Shown here one piece after another: positions 1 through 9,106 of a stretch of DNA of 64,000 nucleotides (its first letter is position 1; every line of letters starts with the position of its first letter). Origin of the DNA: an uncultured Methanosarcinaceae archaeon (lineage in GTDB: Archaea; Halobacteriota; Methanosarcinia; Methanosarcinales; Methanosarcinaceae); contig CAVRJG010000053.1 in the NCBI GenBank assembly GCA_963721455.1, positions 128,001-192,000 of the forward strand, read 5' to 3'. Position numbers and translations under genes: made by a program. Below the pieces are notes generated by a model that was given only the letters and a program-made list of their open reading frames with translations, ran no database searches and was not told where the DNA came from.

Positions 1-339
1 CATACTTTCGCATTTCTGCAGGAGGGCTTTTTTTAGATCTTTAGTCGTGAATTCATCCCTCTTTGTAATTCAGTATTAGGAGAGAATTTTCTACCAATTT
101 GAACATTTCCACTTATTAATACGTCCAAGATTTGTGGCAAATTAAATAAGTTAGGACTTATGCAACTGAACTAAAAATTTTCCCATAAAACTATTGGATT
201 ATCTGGCCTGGTCTCTGGCTCGCCCTTCATCCTTTTTTATCTTAAGCTGGCTTTATTCCAGCTGCAAAAAAACGTAATTACTCTTTTTCTATTTTCCGTC
301 TTGCCTATCTTCTAATCTAAAAAAACCTGCCTGATTTAT

Positions 340-720
340 TGACCTGCTCTCTGGAAGTTTCTGACCTGTTTTTCCGCCTGAATTTACTGCGTGAAGAGAT
401 AATAGTTTATCAGGTAGGACTGGTCTTCCTCAGGTGGCCTCCTCCACTCGGACGCATGCACACAGACACCAGATACCCGCCTGCTTTCTTTTGTGATTAG
501 GTTGAAAGTGCAGTTGTTTTAGGGGAAAATTACTGGATTTATCGGACTCGTTCTCTGGTAGTTTCTGATTTGTTTTTCTGAATATCTGCTCTCTGGCAGC
601 TTCTTAATGAATTAACTGCATGTAGGGGTAATAGTTTATCAGGTGGGATTTTTCTGGCCTACCCCCTGGTCACCTCGCCCCCCTTGGTGAGTATAGACCA
701 GATGCCCGCCTTCCCTATCC
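340..720. repeat. Degenerate ~230-bp non-coding tandem duplication
   Basis: AATTTACTGCGTGAAGAGATAATAGTTTATCAGGTAGGA (~381) matches AATTAACTGCATGTAGGGGTAATAGTTTATCAGGTGGGA (~610); CCAGATACCCGCCT (~469) matches CCAGATGCCCGCCT (~699); CTCTGG motifs recur; no ORF of 60 aa or more. Confidence 0.6.
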
Positions 721-967
721 GATTTATTAGTTTCCCCTTCTGCCTTTCTCCTTTGCATATTATTGGAGAAGGTCTCCAATTCTTCAATTGCCTTCCTTAA
801 TACATTATTTATGGCATAAATAAATAAAAGTTTCGAAACCTTTATTTTAGTAAGTGACCATTTTTACTCATTATTTTCTTAATTAAATCCTTATAAATTA
901 TTATTTTTTTAATTAAACCTTTTAGAACCGCTATTTTAATAATTATGTCACTTTTATAAATCTTTAT

Positions 968-1037
968 TTATAAGTATATTTATATTATAACTGGTTCATG
1001 TTAGGATTGTCAAGCTGCGAATGGTCAGCGAGACAAT
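968..1037 (+). promoter_or_regulatory. Shared promoter palindrome/TATA box plus 30-nt leader motif, copy 1
   Basis: TTATAAGTATATTTATATT at 968-986, then TTGTC-AA-GCTG-CGAATGGT-CAGC-GA-GACAA from 1007; same layout at 5611 and, on the minus strand, at 9106. Confidence 0.7.
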
Positions 1038-1113
1038 TAAGAAAATAAAGTAAGGCTATGAAAAAAATGCAGTAAAGAAGAATATAAAAATAGAAAACCA
1101 TGGGGGTAACAAA

Positions 1114-1290
1114 ATGTTTGGTTTCGATAGATGCGGCTGTAACCGTTTCAGAGGGTTTGAATGTGGCTGCGGCGGCTTTGGCGGTTGTGGCGGCTTTGAC
1201 GGCGGTTGTGGCGGCTGGGGCTTTGGTCGCTTTGATGGGTTCCGCGGTGGCTTCCGAGGCGGCTTCCACGGTCGTCGTGGCCGCTGGTAA
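1114..1290 (+). CDS. 58-aa Gly/Cys/Phe/Arg-rich small protein (absent from ORF track)
   Basis: Hand translation MFGFDRCGCNRFRGFECGCGGFGGCGGFDGGCGGWGFGRFDGFRGGFRGGFHGRRGRW*; RBS-like GGGGGT just upstream; GC-rich island in AT-rich DNA; conserved promoter upstream. Confidence 0.75.
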   Translation: MFGFDRCGCNRFRGFECGCGGFGGCGGFDGGCGGWGFGRFDGFRGGFRGGFHGRRGRW

Positions 1291-1360
1291 TAACGGTCGA
1301 GTCTGAAAGAATTATTGAGCATTAAAGGAAAAAAGGACGATAGCCATCTTTTCAAGGCAT

Positions 1361-1392
1361 GACGGAAAAATTCTGAAAAACCGTCTTTTCTT
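1361..1392 (+). terminator. Possible hairpin plus T-tract after the small gene
   Basis: GACGG...CCGTC followed by TTTTCTT. Confidence 0.3.
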
Positions 1393-1659
1393 GAACTGAT
1401 GACTATTTATCTTTACTTTTTGAATATATTTTTTGAAAATTCTCCCCAAATTTTGCCAAGCCCTATTATTTCAAGTTCCATCCTTCAAAAGTTGCCTGCT
1501 TTGCAGGTAACCACGTAAATCCTAGTTTTTCACTGTCCTTTGATATGCCGTTATTGATGAGGAAAAAACCTGCAGTAGCCATATCTTCATTTTAAACCAT
1601 TACTTACAATTCCCCCTTTAAGAGGATCTCAATCAATTAATATAATAATTTGCATATAT

Positions 1660-3599
1660 CCTGCTTTCGGCAGGTTAACGAATAATTAAATATCTTCAGC
1701 ACAATATCTCTTTTTGTGACATCCGCATCCCCTAAAAACAGCAACAAAAGATCGAATGCCATAATAAAACGCACTACCTTTTTAGGACACCTTGGAATCA
1801 TAGCCAGTTTGTTCCGTGAACTCGAAGTTGACAAACTACTTGATGAGAAGTTTCCTAAATCAAGAGATCACAAAGTTTCTCATGCTAATTGTATACTTTC
1901 AATGGTCCTCAATGGACTTGGTTTTGTGGGGCAGCCTTTGTATCTCTGCCCTGACTATTTTAAAAATGTTTCAGTCGAAAGACTTTTTGGAAAAGGTATA
2001 CAAAAAGAAGACCTGAATCAATACGTTATTGGAGATACTCTCGACAAGATAGCGGAATATGGTCCTACTGAACTTTTTACAGAGATTATTCTTCACATCT
2101 TGAAACGTCTGCAGATTCCAATTTTGTGTTGTCATGCTGATACCACAACTATCAGTTTTCATGGAGACCATGATGGAGACGAGGATGAAGACTCTAAGTT
2201 AATCACTTTTGGTCGTCCAAAGAACGGAAGATGGGATCTAAAACAGTTAGTTTTGAATATGATTGTTAATCAGCATGGGATCCCATTATTCATGAGTACT
2301 CACGCAGGCAATGCTTCCGACAAAAAAATAATTGTTGAAGCAATAGAATTTCTAAAATCCTCATTAATACCTGAAAAAAAGGTATATTATCTTGCTGATA
2401 GTGCCTTCTACAGTGAGGAAAATATAAAAAAGGTGAATAAATCATATTGGATCTCTCGTGTTCCTAATACTCTTAACGAGGTAAAGAATCTAACTGCTTC
2501 AAATCGAGAGATGACGCCACTAAAAGGAGACGAAAGATACTCTTTTTCTCAAACTTTTGTCGAGTATGGTGGAATTGTACAAAATTGGGTTTTGTTGTTG
2601 TCACACAACCTGAAAGGGAAAAAAGAGGTGACTCTCAGCAAGAGTTTTGATAAAAAAGTTAAGGAAGCAGAAAAAGATCTGAATAAATTGAAAAGTAAGC
2701 ACTTCTTTTGTGAAGCTGATGCATTAGAGGATGCAAATAAATGGATTACAGATTTTCCTTTTTTAGCGTTTGAAAAATTGAAATTAAAGACTATTAAAAC
2801 GAGAAAATCGGGTAAAAAGGGCAGACCTGTAAAAAATGAGGAATTCGTGACATATTATTCAGTTAATGCTGAAATAAAGCTTAATGAAGCTCATTTTGAC
2901 CAAAAGATAGAGAAAGCTGGACTTTTTGTACTTGCAAGTAATGACCTCAATCTCTCTCCAGAAGAGATGTTAAGGAAATATAAAGATCAGGACAAAGTGG
3001 AAAAAGGGTTTAGATTCCTTAAAAGTGATACTTTTAGCGTATCAAAAGTCTATCTCAAAAATGAGGGTAGAATTCAAGCTCTTATGATGGTTATGGTTCT
3101 ATGCTTGATGATTTATTCTATTGCAGAATGGAAATTGAGAGAAAAACTTGAAAAAGAGAATGAATCTGTTCCAGACCAGAAAGGGAAACCTACTAAAAAA
3201 CCGACTATGAGATGGATTTTTTTCAAATTCCAGGGAATAACAGAACTTTTTACTCAAGAAGAAGGAGGAAATAGAGACTGAAGTATTAAATATGGAAGAG
3301 CTTCATTGGAAAATATTGGGGCTCTTGGGGGAAGAATATGAAAATATGTACCTTTAATCAAAGGAGGTGGTAATCAAGAGTGGTAGACCTTAATTTGACC
3401 ATTCAATCAGATAGCGGTAGCTATCGAAAAACATATAAAATAGTAAAGAAGTGCTTTGGAGGGGACTAACTAAGGTTGAATTTATGAAAAGGAAGATGTA
3501 TAAATAAAAAAGATAGTTCGATAAATTTTAGTCTTGGTTTCAGATTCCTTCAAACTTATATATAAAGGAAAAAATTAAACTTTACATGCCGAAAGCAGG
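1660..3599 (+). mobile_element. IS1634-family insertion sequence
   Basis: Terminal IRs CCTGCTTTCGGCAGGTTAA / TTTACATGCCGAAAGCAGG; 6-bp target duplication ATATAT (1654-1659 and 3600-3605). Confidence 0.9.
1716..3357 (+). CDS. IS1634-family DDE transposase, frameshifted near the C-terminus
   Basis: HADTTTISFHG, LADSAFYS and VEKGFRFLKS motifs; ORF stops at 3281 but a plausible tail (ETEVLNMEELHWKILGLLGEEYENMYL*) continues in another frame to 3357. Confidence 0.85.
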
Positions 3600-3605
3600 A
3601 TATAT

Positions 3606-3702
3606 CAATAAGGGTTTCAGAGTTTATTCATGAGCAGAAACTCTATTGATTATTCCGAATTCAAGCTTTGAGAGATCAATTTTGAGTTTTGGGATCAGCT
3701 CT
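3606..3702. mobile_element. MITE-like end (family C), possibly interrupted by the IS1634
   Basis: Ends AATTTTGAGTTTTGGGATCAGCTC, matching the ends of the element at 61896-62028. Confidence 0.45.
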
Positions 3703-3934
3703 ATCAGTAAAGCAATGAGAGATCTATTGTCACCAGGTAAATAGCTACATTTTAAGAATAAACGTAGCTATCCAGACAAATACTGAAAAAGACAATATAA
3801 ACTATGTTTCCTTATACTTTTTTATGAATTTAGGTCAACTTTTGACAAAGATGAGTTTAAATTTCCTAATTGTGAAAAGCAGAAACCATGAATGCGAAGG
3901 AAAAATCTCGCTTTGACTCCATTTTTTCGGACAT

Positions 3935-4516
3935 CTAAACGTCATCTAGGAATCTGCATCCACACATCAGCAGCTTCCAAGCGAAGATTTGTCGCAATGA
4001 AGACATCGCTACTGCCACCAGCTCCTTGGCTTTTTGCCGTATTTGGTCGTCTTCTGCAAGCAGATTGATAAGAACATCAACTAGAGGAATGGCATCTCTG
4101 CGAAAGGAGAAGAGCACTTCTTCAAGTGACTGCCACGAGTCATCATTCAACTCTTGAACCATCTGCCTGAGATGAACGGTGGCGCTTTCAAGCTGAAGAA
4201 GCAATCGAACAAGCGGCGCGTTCTGGCCTGCTGCTCCACGCAGTTGAGCAATCTCCTCTGGGAGAATTGAAACGACCTCCAGCGCGCTCGTCTCGACCAA
4301 AGCGGGTCTTTCCTTCTCGTAAGGCACATAAAACAGCCTGCGCTGGATAAAGCACCTCGACAGTATCGTGCGAATGGCTTCTGTATCGGCCATCATATGG
4401 CGAATATCCTCAGTCGAGAAGGATAGCTCCAAGCCAGGGATCTTGATGGCGACATTTGCATTTGCAGCAAGGAGGTTATCCCTTATCCATTCAGTTATCT
4501 CTTGAAATGTGGTCAT
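3935..4516 (-). CDS. Hypothetical helical protein, 193 aa, GC-richer than its flanks
   Basis: ATG with GAGGTG RBS; protein-like composition; no family recognised. Confidence 0.65.
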   Translation of the reverse strand: MTTFQEITEWIRDNLLAANANVAIKIPGLELSFSTEDIRHMMADTEAIRTILSRCFIQRRLFYVPYEKERPALVETSALEVVSILPEEIAQLRGAAGQNAPLVRLLLQLESATVHLRQMVQELNDDSWQSLEEVLFSFRRDAIPLVDVLINLLAEDDQIRQKAKELVAVAMSSLRQIFAWKLLMCGCRFLDDV

Positions 4517-4604
4517 TAGACACCTCTCATTCTTGTTGTGGCAGGGGTCGTAACGCTGTAACTACCTGCTTTATCTCGACAAAGCTCAACCCATCGAAAA
4601 CAGG

Positions 4605-4901
4605 TTATCCCTCATGCTTTCTGTCACTATTAATGAGATTCTCAATCGCTAAAATAAGTAGTGTCGCATACAAGCGCCACTTATGTATAACTGGTGGAAA
4701 GAAGGAATTAGCCCATAACTTATCCTCGCTATCAAATTGGTCACCGTTCCATTGGTTCATAGTCACCAATTTAACAAGAAGGTCGCGGTAAAGAGATACC
4801 GTACATATCTCAATTTCAGCCGCCAGGTCACGACCTAAGGAGCCATGCTCGGAACCACCAATATTTTCATCGGCAATTCTCAAGCTTATGAAAAGATTCA
4901 A
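4605..4901 (-). pseudogene. Hypothetical protein fragment
   Basis: 98-aa ORF with TTG start next to a MITE; probably 5'-truncated. Confidence 0.3.
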
Positions 4902-4979
4902 TATGCAGCTAAGAACTTAGCAGGCTCCAGACAACAAATTTATGTTTTAACTTTTTTCTAAACGTCCATGTTTTTATAG

Positions 4980-5096
4980 CAGGACTTACGCACTTGAGGA
5001 GCAAAATAGAACACAAGCAGGTCTGTCATATCGATCTGATTTAATGAGTTCTAAGTCTCATGCTACTGGTTTCTCAGTTAAACTGCGTAAGTCCTG
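4980..5096. mobile_element. MITE family B (117 bp)
   Basis: Perfect terminal IR CAGGACTTACGCA / TGCGTAAGTCCTG; related copy at 51111-51222 and a solo end at ~152. Confidence 0.8.
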
Positions 5097-5610
5097 TACC
5101 TTCAAGAATTGTAAAGCGGTTTTTTATGCTTCTGCCTTGAAACCTCTGAATAAGCGATATATTACTTTTTTTCAAAAAATATGACTTCTAATGAGAGTTA
5201 TATGATTTAAACACATTATTTGTGTCTGTATTTGAAATAAAAAGTTTAAAAAAACTTATTTTCGTAAATAGCCTTTTTTAAGCCTTTTCTGCCTTAAAAG
5301 AGCTTAAGTCCCAGATAAGAAGATTCCCTAACCAATGGCTAATAGAGAATACTTAGAAGATAGGATAATGAGTGATTTGATCAAATTTAAAAAAGGAAAC
5401 ACATCCTCTAGGTTCGGAAAATGTAGAGAGATTTTTATTCCTGGATTTCAGTAACTCACTTCCAAAAATAGAAGTTTAATGTGTTTTATGAGCAATAAAT
5501 ACGTTATTTATAGATATAAATGACTTTAAAAGTTTAAAAATCCTTTTTTTGTAAATAAAACCGTTTATAACTTTTATATTATTAATTAAACCCTTTTAAG
5601 CTAGTTTTAG

Positions 5611-5760
5611 TTATAAGTATATTTATATTTAATCTAGCTAATTTTAGAATTGTCAAGCCGCAAGTAGTCGGCAAGACAACCAGGATATTCAGTAGACAAC
5701 TGGGATATTCAGTAGGGAGAAGGTAATTCAATCAACCGGCAGATTGCCGGGAAGACAATT
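5611..5760 (+). promoter_or_regulatory. Shared promoter palindrome plus leader motif, copy 2, with a second motif copy at 5729-5758
   Basis: TTATAAGTATATTTATATT at 5611-5629; TTGTC-AA-GCCG-CAAGTAGT-CGGC-AA-GACAA at 5650-5679; CAATC-AA-CCGG-CAGATTGC-CGGG-AA-GACAA at 5729-5758. Confidence 0.7.
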
Positions 5761-5837
5761 ATAAAGGGCCATAAAGGGCCAAATAAAGGGTCAAATAAAT
5801 AAATTTCAAAGTTCGAATAAAATTATGGAGTGGTTAA

Positions 5838-6248
5838 ATGTTGAAAATGAAAAAGATACTGGGAATTTTCCTGGCAGTCTGTTTTGTACTGTCAGTAACA
5901 GTTGCATCAGTAAGTGCAGCGCCGGGTGATAGGGACGGCAAGGCCAAATTTGACGATAATAAGAGATTTGACGGCAAGAACAGCTTTGACAAAGATAAGA
6001 GCAGATTTGATGGTGAAAAGAGAAACTGGGACGGCCAAAAGAACAGATATGACCGCGAAAGGGGAAAGTGGGACCGCGAAAGGAATTCGTGGAACAATAA
6101 GAAACATGGCAGCGAGTACAATAAATGGTTCGCCGGTTATAACAAATGGTACAACGGTTATAACAAATGGTACAGCGGTTATAACAAATGGTGCAGCGGT
6201 TATAACAAATGGTACAGCGGTTATAATAAACACAGAAACCACCACTGA
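5838..6248 (+). CDS. Secreted low-complexity protein with aromatic heptad repeats
   Basis: GGAGTGG RBS; signal peptide MKKILGIFLAVCFVLSVTVASVSA; about five YNKWYSG-type repeats. Confidence 0.85.
   Translation: MLKMKKILGIFLAVCFVLSVTVASVSAAPGDRDGKAKFDDNKRFDGKNSFDKDKSRFDGEKRNWDGQKNRYDRERGKWDRERNSWNNKKHGSEYNKWFAGYNKWYNGYNKWYSGYNKWCSGYNKWYSGYNKHRNHH
6117..6230 (+). repeat. Coding 21-bp tandem repeat, about 5.5 copies
   Basis: TATAACAAATGGTACAGCGGT units. Confidence 0.9.
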
Positions 6249-6413
6249 AGTAGATGGTGAGAACTGGCTGTAAAAACCGATAATTCTGTCGTACACTCCT
6301 TTCAGGAAGTGTGGAGGGTCACGAATGCTCCGCCTTTGAGGCAGGGTATAAAGTGAACCCTCCGACATCTCTTCTGTTCCTCAAAAACGTTGTTGGCAAG
6401 ACGAGATTTTTTT

Positions 6414-6604
6414 GGCTCTTCGCTGTTTTGTTTCGCTGTTTTGTATGGGTTGAAAATAGTTGTTCAGTTAGGAAGCGGCTACACCCAAGAGATAAACATC
6501 GATCCTGAGTGTGATTTTCCACAAGAATTGTTTTCATCTTTTATCTGTGTTGCATCCGTATTTAGGAGTTACTATAAATTACCCACTCGAAATAGCGAAG
6601 AGCC
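6414..6604. mobile_element. MITE family A, diverged copy
   Basis: Terminal IR GGCTCTTCGCTGTTT / AAATAGCGAAGAGCC; subterminal TATGGGTTGAAAATA and AAATTACCCACTCG shared with 11012-11189. Confidence 0.85.
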
Positions 6605-6732
6605 ATATTTTTTATATGGCAGTATAGCATTGATTGCAACGCCATAGACGCTCTCCACTTCAGTGAGCGAGCCAGCACAGATGTTAATGATAAAGTGAAA
6701 TGTTAAGTCACGTGAGTTTAGTGTTTCTCGTC

Positions 6733-7665
6733 TTATTCTTTCTCGTCTATTAAAACTACAATATTCTCACGCCCATTCTTGAACTTTTTAATGAGTCCTC
6801 TCTTTTCCAGTTCTGAAAGCATGAGGCTGACTTTTACTTCGGAATACTCCAGCCTGCTACGCAGATCTTTCTGGGTAATCCTGCCCCTGTGGCCCCGAAT
6901 TAAGTCCAGGATTTCACGCAGATCCGTGGAAAGAGGGAGGTTTTTTAGAGCAGCAGTTTCAATTTCGGAATTCTCTGCAGGTTCTATTATTGGCTCTGTT
7001 ACCGAGACCGCTTCTCCAATGTTTCCGAACTGCGGCTTCACTCCAGGACCAGTGCTTTTACCGAAGACTTTTACCAGAAGTCCAGAGATATTGAGCTTTC
7101 CTGCATGAGTCATGTTTTTTCTCACCTTTTTGTGCTTTCTGGAAAGTATATAGCCTCCGCCCAGCAGGAGTAAAATCATAAAGGTTATTCCCAGGTAACT
7201 TATAGTAGAAGAGCCATTCCTGGCTTTTTCGGCAGGATTCACACTATTGACATTATTTGTTTTATCTTCGATTGTCTTAGTTGCCTGATTTTCGGAAACG
7301 GGATGAAGCAGGAGATCGAACACGTAGTTTCCTTCACCTTCAATCTTCAAAGTTGTTTCTTTTGAATAGATCCGGGTGTTGTTCTGGTAATAATTGGCTG
7401 TAATAATATAGTCTCCGGGTACAAGTTCAAAAGAATACCTGCCGTTTTTCGCTACTACTGATTGAGGAGGATTTGAATTGATATTAATCACAGTATCATT
7501 CAGGGGTTCAAGGGTGTCCCCTGAATATGTTGCCCCATGGATTGTTGCAGTGATTTTGGTGTCTTCTAAAACAGGTACCCCTAAAGTGAGTAAAACAGGT
7601 ACCCCTAAAGCGAGTAAAGCAGCAGTGCAAATAACGTAGAACCTCAGATTCATCTCTACCAGCAA
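6733..7665 (-). CDS. Membrane-anchored winged-HTH transcriptional regulator with extracytoplasmic beta domain (COG2512-like)
   Basis: N-terminal hydrophobic segment, beta-rich domain, TM helix (YLGITFMILLLLGGGYIL), C-terminal ITQKDLRSRLEYSEVKVSLMLSELEKRGLIKK wHTH. Confidence 0.8.
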   Translation of the reverse strand: MLVEMNLRFYVICTAALLALGVPVLLTLGVPVLEDTKITATIHGATYSGDTLEPLNDTVININSNPPQSVVAKNGRYSFELVPGDYIITANYYQNNTRIYSKETTLKIEGEGNYVFDLLLHPVSENQATKTIEDKTNNVNSVNPAEKARNGSSTISYLGITFMILLLLGGGYILSRKHKKVRKNMTHAGKLNISGLLVKVFGKSTGPGVKPQFGNIGEAVSVTEPIIEPAENSEIETAALKNLPLSTDLREILDLIRGHRGRITQKDLRSRLEYSEVKVSLMLSELEKRGLIKKFKNGRENIVVLIDEKE

Positions 7666-7920
7666 ATCCAGTATTATAAGTTGAGGTTGTGGGATAAGTT
7701 GAGGTTGTGAGGATCAGCTGCTAAAAATCGTGAGCATAAAATCTCTCTACATTTTTCCGAACATAGGAGATATCTTTTTTCGGATTTAATCAATAACTCC
7801 CCCCATGATCCAATCTGGATTTTATTATGAGCACGTTTCAAAATTGCTCCTGATAAGCTCAAATAATATATCATTTTGAAGCAGCTGATTAGCTTCTTAA
7901 CGCCTGTAAACTCTTTCATT

Positions 7921-7983
7921 TTTTATAATTTGTCCCAATCCCCATTCGATATTTTATAATTTTTCCCAATCCCCATCCGATAT
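7921..7983. repeat. Two ~31-bp tandem copies upstream of the regulator
   Basis: TTTTATAATTTGTCCCAATCCCCATTCGATA then ATTTTATAATTTTTCCCAATCCCCATCCGATA. Confidence 0.75.
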
Positions 7984-8491
7984 ATACTGTTTTTTATTGA
8001 GTTATCAAAATTCATTTTATTCTTGATTATTAATAATATGGAATTTATTGTAAATATAAATACCTGTGATCATAAAAAACAAGATCCAAAGAGTTTAATA
8101 TTAATTTATGAGCCTATTTCATTAACCATAGGCACTCATTAACGCTTTTACGTTAAATGGTGTCAAATCAACCACGGCTACTGATTATAATTAAATAAGT
8201 ACAAATTATAAATAAATATATCGTTTATTATTTATTTATATCTAAATAACCCGATAAAAAATACGGAACAGCCATATAATATAATTGCAAATTGTAATGG
8301 AGAGACAGTTTATAAATTTAAAACCGATATCTTCTTATAAAGAATCTTGAAAAAAATTACAAAAAAGATCACTAAAAAAGGAATTTTTACAGAATATCCT
8401 CTACTCTGGTAACTTTGATATCATCTGGTAATTTTGACGTCATCTCAGGGATTGAACTCTTCTTATTTTGATTTTCAAGGCTTTTTGTCCC

Positions 8492-8842
8492 TTATTTCAG
8501 GCATAGGTACCGATTTATATTGTAGCTGTCGAGGTATCCTTTCTCGTAGCCTCTATTGTAACTATCCCTGTAGTATTTGGTCCATCCATATTCGTTGAAA
8601 GGAGAAGGAATTTTCGAGAGGATTTCTTTGCTTCCGTATTTCTCGCAGTCTTTTTTGCCCTGATTTTTGCCATCTTTTTGACCTTTTGCGTAGCCATCGC
8701 CGTAGCCATCTTTGTTCTTGCTATTATCAGCTGCGCTTGCTGCCGCAGCTGTCACTGAAAGTACAAAACAAAGTACCAGCAAAACAGCAAAAGTCTTTTT
8801 TATTTTATCAAATTTTTTATTTTTCATAAATTTATTTCTCAT
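8492..8842 (-). CDS. Small secreted protein with GYxxG motifs
   Basis: GGAGTG RBS; signal peptide KKTFAVLLVLCFVLSVTAAAASA; GYGDGYAKG and SYNRGYEKGY motifs. Confidence 0.85.
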   Translation of the reverse strand: MRNKFMKNKKFDKIKKTFAVLLVLCFVLSVTAAAASAADNSKNKDGYGDGYAKGQKDGKNQGKKDCEKYGSKEILSKIPSPFNEYGWTKYYRDSYNRGYEKGYLDSYNINRYLCLK

Positions 8843-9035
8843 AAATCACACTCCTGATTTGTTCAATTGAATAAAAAATGATTTATACACCGATGAAGCG
8901 ACTCGGTCCTTAGATCTTTAATTTTTGGATTTTTCAGGAATTATAGTCATGAATTCAACCTTCAAAACTAACACTTAATGCTTTCAGTGCCTGCAATTGC
9001 TACTCGACCGTTCGCTCCTGGAAAAAATTTGTTTT

Positions 9036-9106
9036 AATTGTCTTATCGGCTATCTGTTAGTTGATAGTTATAATATTGTCAAGATTAAATATAAGCATAC
9101 TTATAA
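9036..9106 (-). promoter_or_regulatory. Shared promoter palindrome plus leader motif, copy 3
   Basis: Minus strand TTATAAGTATGCTTATATT (9106-9088), then CTATC-AA-CTAA-CAGATAGC-CGAT-AA-GACAA from 9067, the same 39-bp offset. Confidence 0.65.

Noticed and set aside
985-1355. Track ORFs 985-1269(-), 1056-1355(-) and 1100-1306(+)
   Set aside because: Alternative frames of the GGC-rich 1114-1290 gene, which has the RBS and promoter
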